Shown one piece after another: positions 40,998 through 52,199 of a stretch of DNA of 64,000 nucleotides. The position numbers and the translations under genes are program-made. This stretch comes from Cenococcum geophilum (Eukaryota). The notes under the pieces were generated by a model, which saw only the letters and a list, made by a program, of their open reading frames with translations, was not told where the DNA came from and did no database searches. The DNA is taken from positions 16,616,001 to 16,680,000 of the forward strand of contig CP158635.1 in the NCBI GenBank assembly GCA_050273025.1, written 5' to 3'. Every line of letters begins with the position of its first letter. The first letter of the stretch is position 1.

Positions 40998-41432
40998 TTT
41001 ATGAGATAACTTCAACCACCTATATAGAAAATAAGCAATACACAGAGTTTTTAGCTACATAACCTCAATTCAACACACTTGATAGTCACTTCAGAAAGTT
41101 TGAGCGTTTGGAGGCCTTGCATGAAGAAACATGAGGAGTTTGAGTGTTTCTTAGTGTGCCTGGGTGGGCTTTTGGCAGTGGGCTTGCTTCGGCCGCTTGG
41201 GTTCCCTGGATTTTGTTCAGACCGTTCACGACAGCGGTGCGCTTGATACCTTCTCATTTACTAAACCTCTTTTCAAATTATGAAATGAAGCTCTTTTCTT
41301 AAGTCTAGTAAAGAATCTCTGATTCTAGCCTCACCAGTTGAAATCCCTCAATCTGAGGACTCCGCTTTAGACACCAACACGTTCTCTGACAAAGGTGGCC
41401 GCCATAAATGTGTCACCACAATGTAGGCAAGC

Positions 41433-42478
41433 TTAGAGTAGCTGGAAGCCTCCGTCCTCATCCTTCACGAACTCATTTCGGAAGAGCTCCTTCAGCTCAT
41501 CGAGTGCCAGATTCTTCAGGCTCTGCTCACAAGGTCCACATTCTACATGCTGTACGAAGGTGCTGAATAGCAGAAATCTTTCTTTACACTCACAGCAAAA
41601 GAAAGGCCGGGGGTTCTCTCCGTGGGCCTTTTTCAAATCTTTGCCATCATAGAGGTCAAAGAGATAGTCAGGATCGATAAATGAAACACCAAACCAGGAT
41701 GCTAGTAGCTTGTTGAGCTCCATTGTGTCAATGAGACAGGGACAAAACCCGGATTCAAGATGAAGTATCATACCAGAGGCAGTGCGGTAGGTGCCATCGC
41801 AGGCCCAACAGGCGATGTTGGTGGGTGCGTGTGTGAGCATGTGCTTTTGGTTCGTTAGCTTACTCACATAAATTACATCAGTTCAGCGGCTAGTCTTACC
41901 TGCTTGCGATTTTTGGCATTAAGACTGTGCACGCCGCAGAATTCACACCCAAAAGTAGCTGTCTTATGAGCGCGAGACTTGCTCAGTGATAGGAATAATT
42001 CTCCACATCCGCCACATTGAAAATGAATTGTCTTTAAATGAACGCTCAGTTCATAGTTGTCAATGCCGTCGAATTCGCAGTTCGGGATCATGCAGTGACG
42101 ATGTCGTGATGTTTTTTCCCAGTGTTTATCGCGCGCGGCCTGGCTGGAGAAACGCCGATTGCATGTTTTGCACCAGACGTGTTTGCTTGAATTGGAAAGG
42201 TGCCTCTTCAGACCAGAGGAGGAGTAGAATGTGATGAGGCAAAGCTTGCAGCTGTTCCTGTGACCAAAAGCATTCTCGATGTGATTTTGAAGCCCATTGC
42301 GGTCCTTGAAGGGTTTGCAGCATAGGGAGCACCAGAATTTGGACGCTCTCCTGGCGGAATTTTGCTGAATCGGTTGTGCTGACCCTGTATTAGGGTCAAA
42401 TATCTGGACGCTCGCTGTATCGCGATTGTTCCCCGACTGGGGAGAGAACCTAGAGCCCAAGAGGTTGTCTGACTCCAT
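41433..42478 (-). CDS. Multi-C2H2 zinc-finger protein (~329 aa); exons 42478-41900 and 41843-41433
   Basis: Repeated CxxC...F...L..H...H units and a TASGMILHLESG.C motif. A 56-bp GTAAGA...CTAAC...AAG intron joins the two track ORFs in frame. Confidence 0.85.
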
Positions 42479-43258
42479 CGATGTGCGTACGGAGAGTTTG
42501 TTTTGTCGATATTTGTCGCCGTGATGGCAGCAAAAAGGAATCTGTCATTTTTACGAGAGGAGAGCGAATTGTGGCCTGGAGTGAGTGAAGTGAAGTATGA
42601 ACAATATTGAAGCATAAGGTGAGTAGAGTTCAGGAAAGTCTATGTGGACTGAAGTAGCATCCTACTATCTAGTGATCTGTGCAATGGCAAAATGATAATT
42701 GGGCATCTCAACTTATTGGCTCTGCCCTTATCGATAACCTTAGGACGAATTTTACCAGGCGAAGATACACGAGGCCATATTTTTATTCTCGGAGCTAATA
42801 GACCATTGGTTACTTGAATACCCCAAGAGAGAGGGCCACACTGGCTTGGCAAGAGCAGTTACAGAAGTTTCTACATAATTTGTTACCCAAGGAGCTTGCC
42901 GTGCTTGGCTGGAAAGAAATGCATTTCGGTTAGAATGGAAGAAAGTGGGGTACTTGGTGGTCGAGGGCGGTGTTCTAGGCTTTTGCGGTGTTCTTCCGAT
43001 TATACTGTATGAGCGGGGAGAAAGAAAATCCCGACATGGCAGGAGCATCTTGTGCATGATTAGCCGCCGTGCAGTAGGAAGCCATACTGGCACCGACACC
43101 ACTTACACCTACGCCTGCTGCTGCGCCTGCGCCGCATAGCCGGCCATGCGCTCCCCTCGCAGCCTTTATTTGTCCCCTTCTTCATTTTTCTTCCATCGTT
43201 CCCGCCTGGGTCGGCTTTCTCATGACAGTCGTCTAGCACGCTATGCGTTGTAGCGTTA

Positions 43259-45656
43259 TCCCATGCATTGCTGGTAACGCTGCCGGGCACCGTGCACCGG
43301 AACAATGGTTGATCCGGCCCCGGAACACCAAATGTTTCGGTAGAGTAGTAAGCTGCACCAGCCTGTACACTAGCAATGTGGCCTAAAATACGCCTGCAGG
43401 CTTCTGAATTTTAAGCTACAGTAGTCCCAGCTATAGATCTTGCTAATATAACTTGTTTTAAGTGCTCTTCCCAACATTCACCTGTCTGACAAAGCGGTAT
43501 CTTACATAGCTCACATCCAAAGTTTGTCTGTGGTGTACGCCGAGGTGCATTAGGGCTTACTTCTTCCAAAGCTACCCTCCTCCTTTTCCTTCCAGCCGCT
43601 GCACACGCCGAGCAAGTCCTTTTCTTGCCTAGCTGAGTTGGTTTAGGCCCATGTGGCCCAATTTGGATATTATTAACTCTCATAGAGGGTGTACGGTCGT
43701 CCTTGCGGATTGGCTTTGCAGAAGAGTCAAAGAGGCCTTTAATCAAGCTTTCAAGAAACTTTCTATGCCCCCCCGTTTTTGTATGGCCGCCAAAGAAGGA
43801 TGAAAGCCTATAACAATTATAAAGGACTAGATTAAAAAGGAAGAACCAAAGAGGCTTCCACGTCTTCCTTTTTGCTCGTTGAGTCGAATAATATGAAGTT
43901 GTTTGGTCAAAGCGGTCTACCCCATTCATAAAATGATTATAGAGATCTATAAAAAGTGGAATTGGAAGAACCTTAACAGCTAAGTCCCCAAATACAAGCC
44001 TTGTACAGGCTGAATTAGTTGACGTCTTAGCAGGCCTTTTTCGTTCCCTCATAATAGATTCGCCTGGCCTAGCAACGGTACTAGCAAATAGAACAACCTG
44101 GGCGTCTTTCCAAGCTGCTTGTAACACTGTTTTATTCTTTGAGACGTCCCAATATAGCTCTCCCCACTGTAGATCGTCGGTGTGATATAATTTGATATTC
44201 ATGAGCTTTTGAGAGAAAGGCTCCTTAGTGCAATTAGGGGGCGGATCTTGGGCGGGGAACTGGGTGCTTTGGCTGAGAACCTCACTGTAAAACTGGCCAT
44301 TTTGTATAAGGTTTCCCGAGAGTCCCAAGGGCTCTTGCGATGGCTCCGGAGTAGGAAGATTCTGATGATCTTGGCTGGGATTTTGGCTGGAAACCTGGCT
44401 ATTTTGGCTGGAGTTCCCCATGTTCCCCGTAGCTGCGTTCTTCCTAGGGCGGCCCCTACGCCTTTTGACGACCCCTGACTGCTTTTTTGACTCCTTTCTA
44501 TCAAGATCCTCCTCACGCTTCGTACGTGACGTACGTACAGTTCCTGCAGCCCCTATTCCTTCGCGCCGAAGGCGTTCAAAAAGCTTTACAGAAGAGAAAA
44601 GGTTATCAACCCAAACTGTATGGCGATTTGGGCAGAAGCGCGGTTGCCCTTCTTGCTTCCTTAGCAAAAGATCTAGAACCACAGCCTCTGTAGGAGTAAA
44701 ACCCTCCTTCTTCGTCCAGTATGTATCCAGTTCGTACGGGCCTTGGCCCTTAGCATGAAATAGCCAGTCAAGTACGTAGCCCTCATTAGCTAGAATCCAT
44801 ATCTTAAACCCCTCTGGCGTCGGCTTGCTGGGTATATTTACTATCTCTTTTGCCCGGCCAGTAAACCTCTTAATAGACTCATCAATAGTAAGGTGGGTTC
44901 CTGGAGTGTAATAGCGATGACAAGCCTTTCGTAGATACTCAGAAACGTCCCAAATTCTTTCAAATGGAGTGGTAAATGTTGCTGATTGGCCCGGATCTTC
45001 GCAGTAGAGGTATTGATCAATAGCTAGGAACCGATCCTTAGAAATATATTGACCAATCGGATGTTGAGGGTTATATTCATCACCCTTTTTCCAATAGTCA
45101 ACGATAGCTGGTTCTTTGTGTAGCCCCATATAAATAAGGACCCCAAAGTATGCATACATCTCTGGCCTTGATGTATCCTTCCATAGGTATATTCGGGCCG
45201 TCTTTCGTAGCGAGCGTTTTTGTGGATTAGATTTTGCTCTGGCTGCATTAGCGTTGGTGTGGTATATAAGCAGATCCATTAATTCGTCCGTAAAGAATAA
45301 TCCAAAGAGCTTGCGTGTATCTGAATCGTCAAATCCGGGGGGTAGGTTAGGCTGTCCATCTGGGCAGTCATTATGGATTGGTAGAGGGTCGAAGTGGGGT
45401 AGGGATTGATTATTTGGCAGCTCCGGAACTTTAGTACCCTTTATAATCTTTGGATAATGTGTTGCAGGCACATAATCTTCATCATTTCCTTGCTTTTTAG
45501 GGTCTCTGGATGGCATATCTCTTGCTTATTTTGACGCAATTTGAATTATAATCAAGCTGCTGGGTACACGAAAAAACCGACTTTTGGTGTTCCGGGGCCG
45601 GATCAACCATTGTTCCGGTGCACGGTGCCCGGCAGCATTACCAGCAATGCATGGGA
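43259..45656 (-). mobile_element. Complete piggyBac-superfamily DNA transposon (2398 bp)
   Basis: 74-bp TIRs with one mismatch (43259-43332 / 45583-45656) begin TCCCATGC and enclose an intact transposase ORF. Confidence 0.93.
43411..45516 (-). CDS. piggyBac-type DDD transposase, 701 aa, intact
   Basis: LFFTDELMDLLIYHTN, TIDES, IPSKPTPEGFKIW, VWVDNLFSS, GTVR, YNHFMNGVDRFDQ, and a C-terminal Cys-rich domain CSAC...CELCKIPLC. Confidence 0.93.
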   Translation of the reverse strand: MPSRDPKKQGNDEDYVPATHYPKIIKGTKVPELPNNQSLPHFDPLPIHNDCPDGQPNLPPGFDDSDTRKLFGLFFTDELMDLLIYHTNANAARAKSNPQKRSLRKTARIYLWKDTSRPEMYAYFGVLIYMGLHKEPAIVDYWKKGDEYNPQHPIGQYISKDRFLAIDQYLYCEDPGQSATFTTPFERIWDVSEYLRKACHRYYTPGTHLTIDESIKRFTGRAKEIVNIPSKPTPEGFKIWILANEGYVLDWLFHAKGQGPYELDTYWTKKEGFTPTEAVVLDLLLRKQEGQPRFCPNRHTVWVDNLFSSVKLFERLRREGIGAAGTVRTSRTKREEDLDRKESKKQSGVVKRRRGRPRKNAATGNMGNSSQNSQVSSQNPSQDHQNLPTPEPSQEPLGLSGNLIQNGQFYSEVLSQSTQFPAQDPPPNCTKEPFSQKLMNIKLYHTDDLQWGELYWDVSKNKTVLQAAWKDAQVVLFASTVARPGESIMRERKRPAKTSTNSACTRLVFGDLAVKVLPIPLFIDLYNHFMNGVDRFDQTTSYYSTQRAKRKTWKPLWFFLFNLVLYNCYRLSSFFGGHTKTGGHRKFLESLIKGLFDSSAKPIRKDDRTPSMRVNNIQIGPHGPKPTQLGKKRTCSACAAAGRKRRRVALEEVSPNAPRRTPQTNFGCELCKIPLCQTGECWEEHLKQVILARSIAGTTVA

Positions 45657-45788
45657 TAGGGTTATATTCATCCCCGGCATTTTCCCCAGAGACATCTAGA
45701 TATGTCCGCCGCGGTCGCGCCAAAACTTGTGGCAGCAAACCGTGGTAACAGTGTTACTAGAGCTGGTGACAGTTCCCGTCAAGGAGAA

Positions 45789-47090
45789 ATGGCTTTCCCG
45801 CCCCCTCCACACCCCCATCGAACAGCAAAGCCTCACCTGAAACACCAGAAATACCAGAGACACCAAAGACACCAGAGACACCGGGGACCGCGAAATGCCA
45901 GTCCTGGCTCCTATCTAGGAAATGGCTACCCATTGCTGGAATTATTACTCTCCTGCTTATTGCCATCATCTGCGCTGTCGTCGCAACGCTCCTCCATCGA
46001 CGAGAAGTGACAAGAAAAACCCATACAACACCCTAGGGTTCGCTCCTTTTAATAAGCGCTCGAAACCAACTTCCCCAATCCCGCAATTCTAAAACACAAC
46101 GGCACCTGGTATGTCTTTGCAACAAACAATACTGCGGGCGTCCTCCACTAACCAGATAATAAGACAATGGCGGATTATGGCAAATCACACGTACAAATTG
46201 CCACGCCTTCAGACTTTGACACTTAGACGCTCCACAATTATATCGAAGACCTGTTACCCACGCTTGGAGACTGGGTTGCAATGGGTTGCTTGAATGTGTC
46301 AGAAGTCAACGCAACAATTCCGTTGAATGCGCCTGCAAATAACGTCAACTCTGCAAACCCAGCCCCCGGCCCAAACGTTTGGGCACTAGATCCCCCCCAA
46401 CGACCACCCGATGGCAAATTCGTACTATACTACTCCGCAACTGCAGCAAATGCCTCGCGAAATCATTGTGTCGATGCAGCTTTGCAGACGTGCCGCAGAG
46501 CCCTTACAGCCCGTTGCCCACTCCTCTTGCCTGTCCCACGGAGCTCGGTGAGCCATCGATCCATACCCTATCATTAGCATAGACGGCACAATATACGTGG
46601 CATACAAGGTTGATGGGAACAATTACGGTCATGGAGGTATCTGCGGAAATACAGTTCCGCCTTTGGTGGATACTCCGATCCTCCTTCAACGCCTGGCGGA
46701 AGATGCTATTACGCCTGTGAGACTGCCTGTCGATGTTATGGATCGCACGCGTGACGATGGCCCTCTTGTCGAAGCGCCGACGCTTGTACGGAGCGACGAG
46801 GGTGTGCATTTCCTCTTCTATGGCTCAGGGTGTACACGTATGCCGATTTATGACCTCGAGTATGCCACTAGCACGAAATCAATGGCCCATACAAGCGTGC
46901 CTCCGGACCGTTATTGATGACGGGGGATTGGGTCCTTCTAGCATCGGGCAGCGTATCTGTAAGGCGCGATGAGAGCCGATGGCGCATGGCGTTTCATGCA
47001 AGGGTCGTGACACCATTTGGTGGTGTAAGAGAAATGTTCACAGCAGCATCGATTTTGAATGGGACGACTGCCGCTTTTGACTGGTCTTAA
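45789..47090 (+). pseudogene. Glycoside hydrolase family 43 with N-terminal TM segment; disrupted
   Basis: [62 protein letters not shown] and MAFHA. In-frame TAA (46149) and TAG (46224) plus several frameshifts. Confidence 0.88.
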
Positions 47091-47261
47091 AAACGATCAA
47101 ACTTTGCATAGGGAACGGAGTTCTTGCAGCATTTAGCCCGGCGTCTAGAAGTTAATTGTATCTCTGACAATCTGGCATATTGGTTAATTATTTTTTCAGT
47201 AGTTCCATAATTTCGTTGACAATTGGTGCTATTTACTCTTTGCAGCATCAAAACATTACTA

Positions 47262-49013
47262 TCATGGTCGTCTTGATGTTTGAAAGGCTTGTAGAACAAG
47301 TGTTCGATCGTCGTCGTACAACTTCTGTCTTGCCTCTTCTTCCGCCTTTGCTATTCTACGGGCTTCACTCGAGAGCGTCTCCCATCGTTGTCTTTCTTTC
47401 TCTCTGCGTGAGTTTTCTCTCTGATCTCTCTCGCTAAGCCGTTGTTCGAATGATACGGGTGGTTCTACTGGTAGATGTCAACGAGTTATTCTCTTAGCCC
47501 TGGAGTTACTCTCCTTACCGTTATCTGAGCTGTCGAGATCTTTTGGCCCGAAGGCACGGGCCATCCAACTATTTACGCGTTCTTTTGACTGGTTGACCCT
47601 CTGTCCCACAGGCCCAAGAAGCACAATGCGATGAACATCTAACGTCTCTGACATCTCCGAACTAGAACATGTCAAGTCGTCTAGATGTTGGGTGAACACA
47701 TTCAGGGACTCAAGAGAGTCCTCACCAATGAGAACGTCAGCAACCAGGTCCTTCAAGACGTGGAGTTCAACCATTAAGACATTGCGGTACTGCCCGTTGT
47801 CGTCTCCATTCTTAGCCAATTCCAATGTACTGTTAGATGTAGAAGCATCTTCCGCATCGCTGCCAGGCGGTTGCTCTGATGGAAACCCTCCCCCGGAGAC
47901 GGGATCAGGAGAAATAATACCCATTTCAATACCGCAGGCACCAATATACAATTGTGCGCGCACCATTCCACATGTCTGACCAATGCTGCCGTCTGCAAAC
48001 ATAACATTCATCTCTTTTGGCTCAATGGAGAAGCCTCGTTGCTGTGCATAGGCTTTGGATATGAGATCCACCTCCGAGCCACTATCAGCAATAGCCTGAA
48101 CTTCTTCTCCATCTAAAGAACATAACAGTCGTTGTTTTTGCTTTCCAATAGCCCGAACTCGAAGCCACGGTGGGGCTGAAAGGGTAAGATTGACCAGCCT
48201 ATTGCGGTACTTTGTCAACGTCTGAGTCTTTTCCAGGAAGCTCATGCACATTATGAGAGGCGATGCTAATGTCCGAAAGACATAGAAAGTGCACAAAAGA
48301 TTCGAAGGTCCGAGGTGGGACTCTGTCCCAAAACCACAAGCGGACATAGTGCGTCCGCAGCAACTGACCACTTTTCCATTTGCCATCCTGAAAGCCCTCT
48401 CTTCGCTTTTCTCGATTTGCAGGCCCAGCTTCAAAGCCAGTTCTTGAGAAATTACATTCTCTTCACACCCGGTGTCCGGGCTTGCCATGACTGTAGCCTG
48501 GCTATCACCCATTTCGAAGGTTATGGGTAATCCCTTCCGCGTCGATACTTTCGGGATTATTCGGGCCTTAGGCCGCTCTGGATTAGGTGCAGAAATCTCA
48601 GTATCAGTCCTAAAAAGTTTTCAGAAACCGATGACTGAGTTTTCAAAAGATAGATCAGATTTAACTTACCATACATGGCTGCCAATCCCTTGGAGTCTTC
48701 CATTTCTCTCACAACCCAATTCGTATATTTCCGCGTCCAGTCCTCTAATGATTTCCATTGACTTGTCAATGGAAGCTCTGAATTTATTACCTTCACGCTG
48801 CCACCGGTTTATGCGATCAACTTCTGCTGCACGACGTCGCACTTTGGTATCGATCTTTTCACAAAGCTTGCACTTCTGGCCGACTGAGACCGTTTGCATT
48901 ATTAGCTTCATTCCGCACGTCTCTCCTATCCTGTACTCCCGATTGCAATGCTGTCGGAAGTGACCCCATTTCCAATCTCCACACACGAATCGGTACTGGT
49001 CGAAGAAACACAT
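47262..49013 (-). CDS. Fusion of a Cys-rich/helical N-terminal domain with two tandem retropepsin-like aspartic protease domains and a charged helical tail (~546 aa)
   Basis: Predicted exons 49013-48670, 48609-47519 and 47467-47262, with GTAAGT..TAG and GTAAGG..CAG introns that keep frame. Catalytic-type motifs ASPDTGCEENVIS and AIADSGSEVDLIS; flap-like MANGK and FADGS; VLIGED. Confidence 0.8.
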
Positions 49014-49572
49014 TGAAATACCTTTGCCGAAAACAAAGCCGTGATACAGGATTTATAGAATCCTACACAGACTAGGCGATACAGTTCAGCATTTGTATGC
49101 ATCCTCAATCGCGTTTACTCACCAATGCCTACAGACCTTAATCTTAATACACGCTCGCCCACCGTAAAGAATGGAAGAGTTATTGAAAGTGCAAGGCTCA
49201 AACTTGACATTAGAGAAAAGCAATACGGTTGATCTGGGAGTTCTGGGAGTTTTGGGGGATAAAACCACCAGGGAGCGACACATCCAGATTCTGTGCGGAC
49301 CAAGGCAGTGTCCCATACAGCCAATCTAATTTCATCTGTGTGCTCAGCCTTGCATAAACGGAACGGGCACCCGCATAGCTCGTAGCTCACGTGACTTAGA
49401 TTCTCCAATGAAACCTTGAAAACCCGGAACCATCCTGCAGGTTGACACGGGACATCAAGTGAATCTCGTGGCTGATAAGAAACCCCGGCAGATTTGCCTC
49501 GTATAAGCAATCAGACCGGTGAAGCAGAGAGCGTAAAAGTCCGTTTCAGCAGTTAAGAACATTCAGAAAGAT

Positions 49573-50656
49573 ATGGATATTGAAGCCACAGGCATGGCAC
49601 ATCATCACTTAACTGGGTTTCCTTCTCTTGCTGCGTTCATTGCCAGTGACCAGGACAAGACCGCAGCCATTTTCAAACGCTTCGATCGCTTAGCGGCTCG
49701 CAATCTACTGCATCTGCAGAGTGAACTTGCAGAGCTTCAAGCTAGACAGGACAAACTTGATCAGCAAGAACTGAGCAGGGATCTTCAATCAAAGCAGTGT
49801 TCCCGAAACTGGGCTGACTTCTGCACCGCAGCAGCGTCGGAAGCAAGGCAAAAGGAAAGAATGGAGTTAGCTCAGAACATCAGAGTTACTCTGAAAGAGT
49901 ACCGTAAGATACTCGGCAGCCAATGAAAAAAACCTCTCAGACTCGGAGACACTAACCGGGGCAGGGAAATCACTGCTATTCGAAAGCACTCTCGCCACCT
50001 TACCGCCACCTACGAAGAGAACCCTGGAAGCTTTTCGCTGGCACTTCTTCAATGGAGACCCTACCGGACCCGACAGCTTCCCGACACTTGGTGGTCACAG
50101 CTGTGACCTCTTTGACGATGCAGATGACCTCGTGGTCCTAAGAATGGCTGAGGACCAAGACCGGTTGACTACATTTGTTCAAAACCATTTGACGTTCCTT
50201 TTCCAGGCACGCTTCCATCGAATTATCAGGCTTCTCCCACGTAACTGACCAATTTGTAGACATATACCAGGAACGGCATGATTGCCTATGCCTCCGATCA
50301 ACGCATCGCACGATTTGTAGCCATATTAAGCATCATTATCGCCGCAGTGCTGCTCATCGGGGCTATTGTGAGCTTATACGTCGTCAAGTCACCAAACAAA
50401 AAATTGGGAATGATAGCCGCCTTCACTATCGTTTTTGCTAGTAGCATTGGGATTCTTACCAATGCGCGGAGAGCGGAGTTGTTTGCTGCCACAGCCGCGT
50501 AAGTAGCGCAAATATCTTCTGTCACTTATGTGCTTTTATCCTTAGAGAAAGTTTATAGTTGATAATTCGGCTCGCAGATATGCCGCGGTACTTGTAGTCT
50601 TTGTCAGTGGGAGTTTGGGTGGAAATGTAGGAAATTCAGGCACTTCGAAGACCTGA
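49573..50656 (+). CDS. DUF6594-like membrane protein (~296 aa, three C-terminal hydrophobic segments)
   Basis: Exons 49573-49903, 49965-50206, 50260-50498 and 50578-50656; the second intron is GC-AG. Motifs GFPSLAAFIASD, IFKRFDRLAARNLLHLQSEL, LKEY, DDLV and ELFAATAAYAAVLVVFV. Confidence 0.85.
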
Positions 50657-50899
50657 AGAGCAGTTTTTACTGGCCAGATGACGTCATATGCTAAAAAAAT
50701 CTCCACGCCGTTACTTGCTGTTAGCAACTTATTACTCCTAGGTTGTGCTATCTCACTGGACTTAACTTTTTAGCAATAAATAGGTGGTATATGTTAAAAT
50801 TTCGAGGTAACTTATGAACTAATAGCGTCCCTACAATCTATTCTATGCAGTAGCAAACCAACCACTTCACGGAAGAGTAGCAGGTTAACGTCTACTTCT

Positions 50900-51980
50900 A
50901 TGAGCACCCCACAGCCCCAATCTCCAGCCTATTTATTGTGTTCTTCACCGGATTCGCTAGTTGTCGTACAGTCGCCACTTGAAGATTCCACTACGTCGCC
51001 ATCTACATCTTCCGCCACAACCTCAGGAATTTCTGTCTCCAACCATGCTGGTATTTTCCCGCCAAACAGATTCCGGACTGCGACTCTATTCTTCTGATAT
51101 CGTTCTTTGGCCCATTTTGACCGTGTATCGAGTCAGGCGTTGTACCCGACTCTGCGAGATTTTTCTTCATTGGACCGCTATGAGGGTCTTGTCCGCCAGG
51201 GGGCTGTTCACGACTACTTGTACAGCTGACGAAAGTGGGGCACTGCAATCCTCGTGATAGTCATTTCCATTATTTTCACTGTATTTATCGTCTTCATTGC
51301 CTTCATTGCCTTCATTGCCTTCGTCTTTATCATATTCTCCCAGTAGAGGTGGCGTTAGGGACGGAGATGGAGAATCCAATGGAGATGGACAAAGAACAAT
51401 CCCTTTCTCGATATTTCCGATGGATTTTCGGCGTTGGTCTGCAACGCTAGGCGGTGGATACACCGAGAAAAGCCCAGATGAGAACCGGCTTTAACGTCTT
51501 CTCAACTCAAGCTTTCCGTCAGGGACGGAAACGTGCTCTGTCAGATCCTCAGTGGACAAAATTTCCTTTTGTGCCTCTTTGGGCAGCAGATCAGCTGTTT
51601 GCTGCGTATCGGTCGAAGAGAGCTTCGCCTTTGCTTTTCTCTCTTTAGCTGGTGGCTGCATTTTCAAGTTAGCATTGTCATCCTGGGTGCTCTTGCCTTT
51701 ATACAGCCTTTTGGTTCCTGTTTCCTTTGTCGATCGTTTGTTTTGGGTTCGTGGAGGGGTTTGTGCCAGAAATACTGTCTTCTGCGGGATGATTAGGAGG
51801 TTTAGCGTTCCTCTTAGGGCGTTCAGAATAATTAAGGGGTCGTTCAGTTGCAGCTTCAGATTGAATCTGAAGGCTTCGGAACAGAACCGATCTGAAGCTC
51901 AAATCTGATTCTGACGCGATCGTTCGGTCAAGCTGACGACTTTCTAGTCTGAAGCTCCTCCGGATCGGTAAGCGCGTCAA
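50900..51980 (-). pseudogene. Degenerate low-complexity coding remnant
   Basis: Overlapping partial ORFs with K/E/S/P-rich and EGN-repeat content, broken by stops and frameshifts. No family recognised. Confidence 0.3.
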
Positions 51981-52199
51981 ATTTGAAAGCTATACCGTAT
52001 GTAGTAGTTAAACTGAGGCCCTTGGTGTTAGTTTAATAAGGAGTTCGGAGCTCCTTATTTTAAATCCAGTTTAAATCTAAAGCCCAATTAACGACTGCTT
52101 GTAATGACGACTCCACGACACCCTAATCGCGACGCTATTTTAGTCGCGCTTGTATATATTTTATAACGTCCTTATCTTAACTCTCGCGATCGCGGTAAT

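Noticed and set aside
44199..45248. Short overlapping ORFs within the transposase, and similar ones over the protease and zinc-finger genes
   Set aside because: They are shadow ORFs in alternative frames of well-supported genes.
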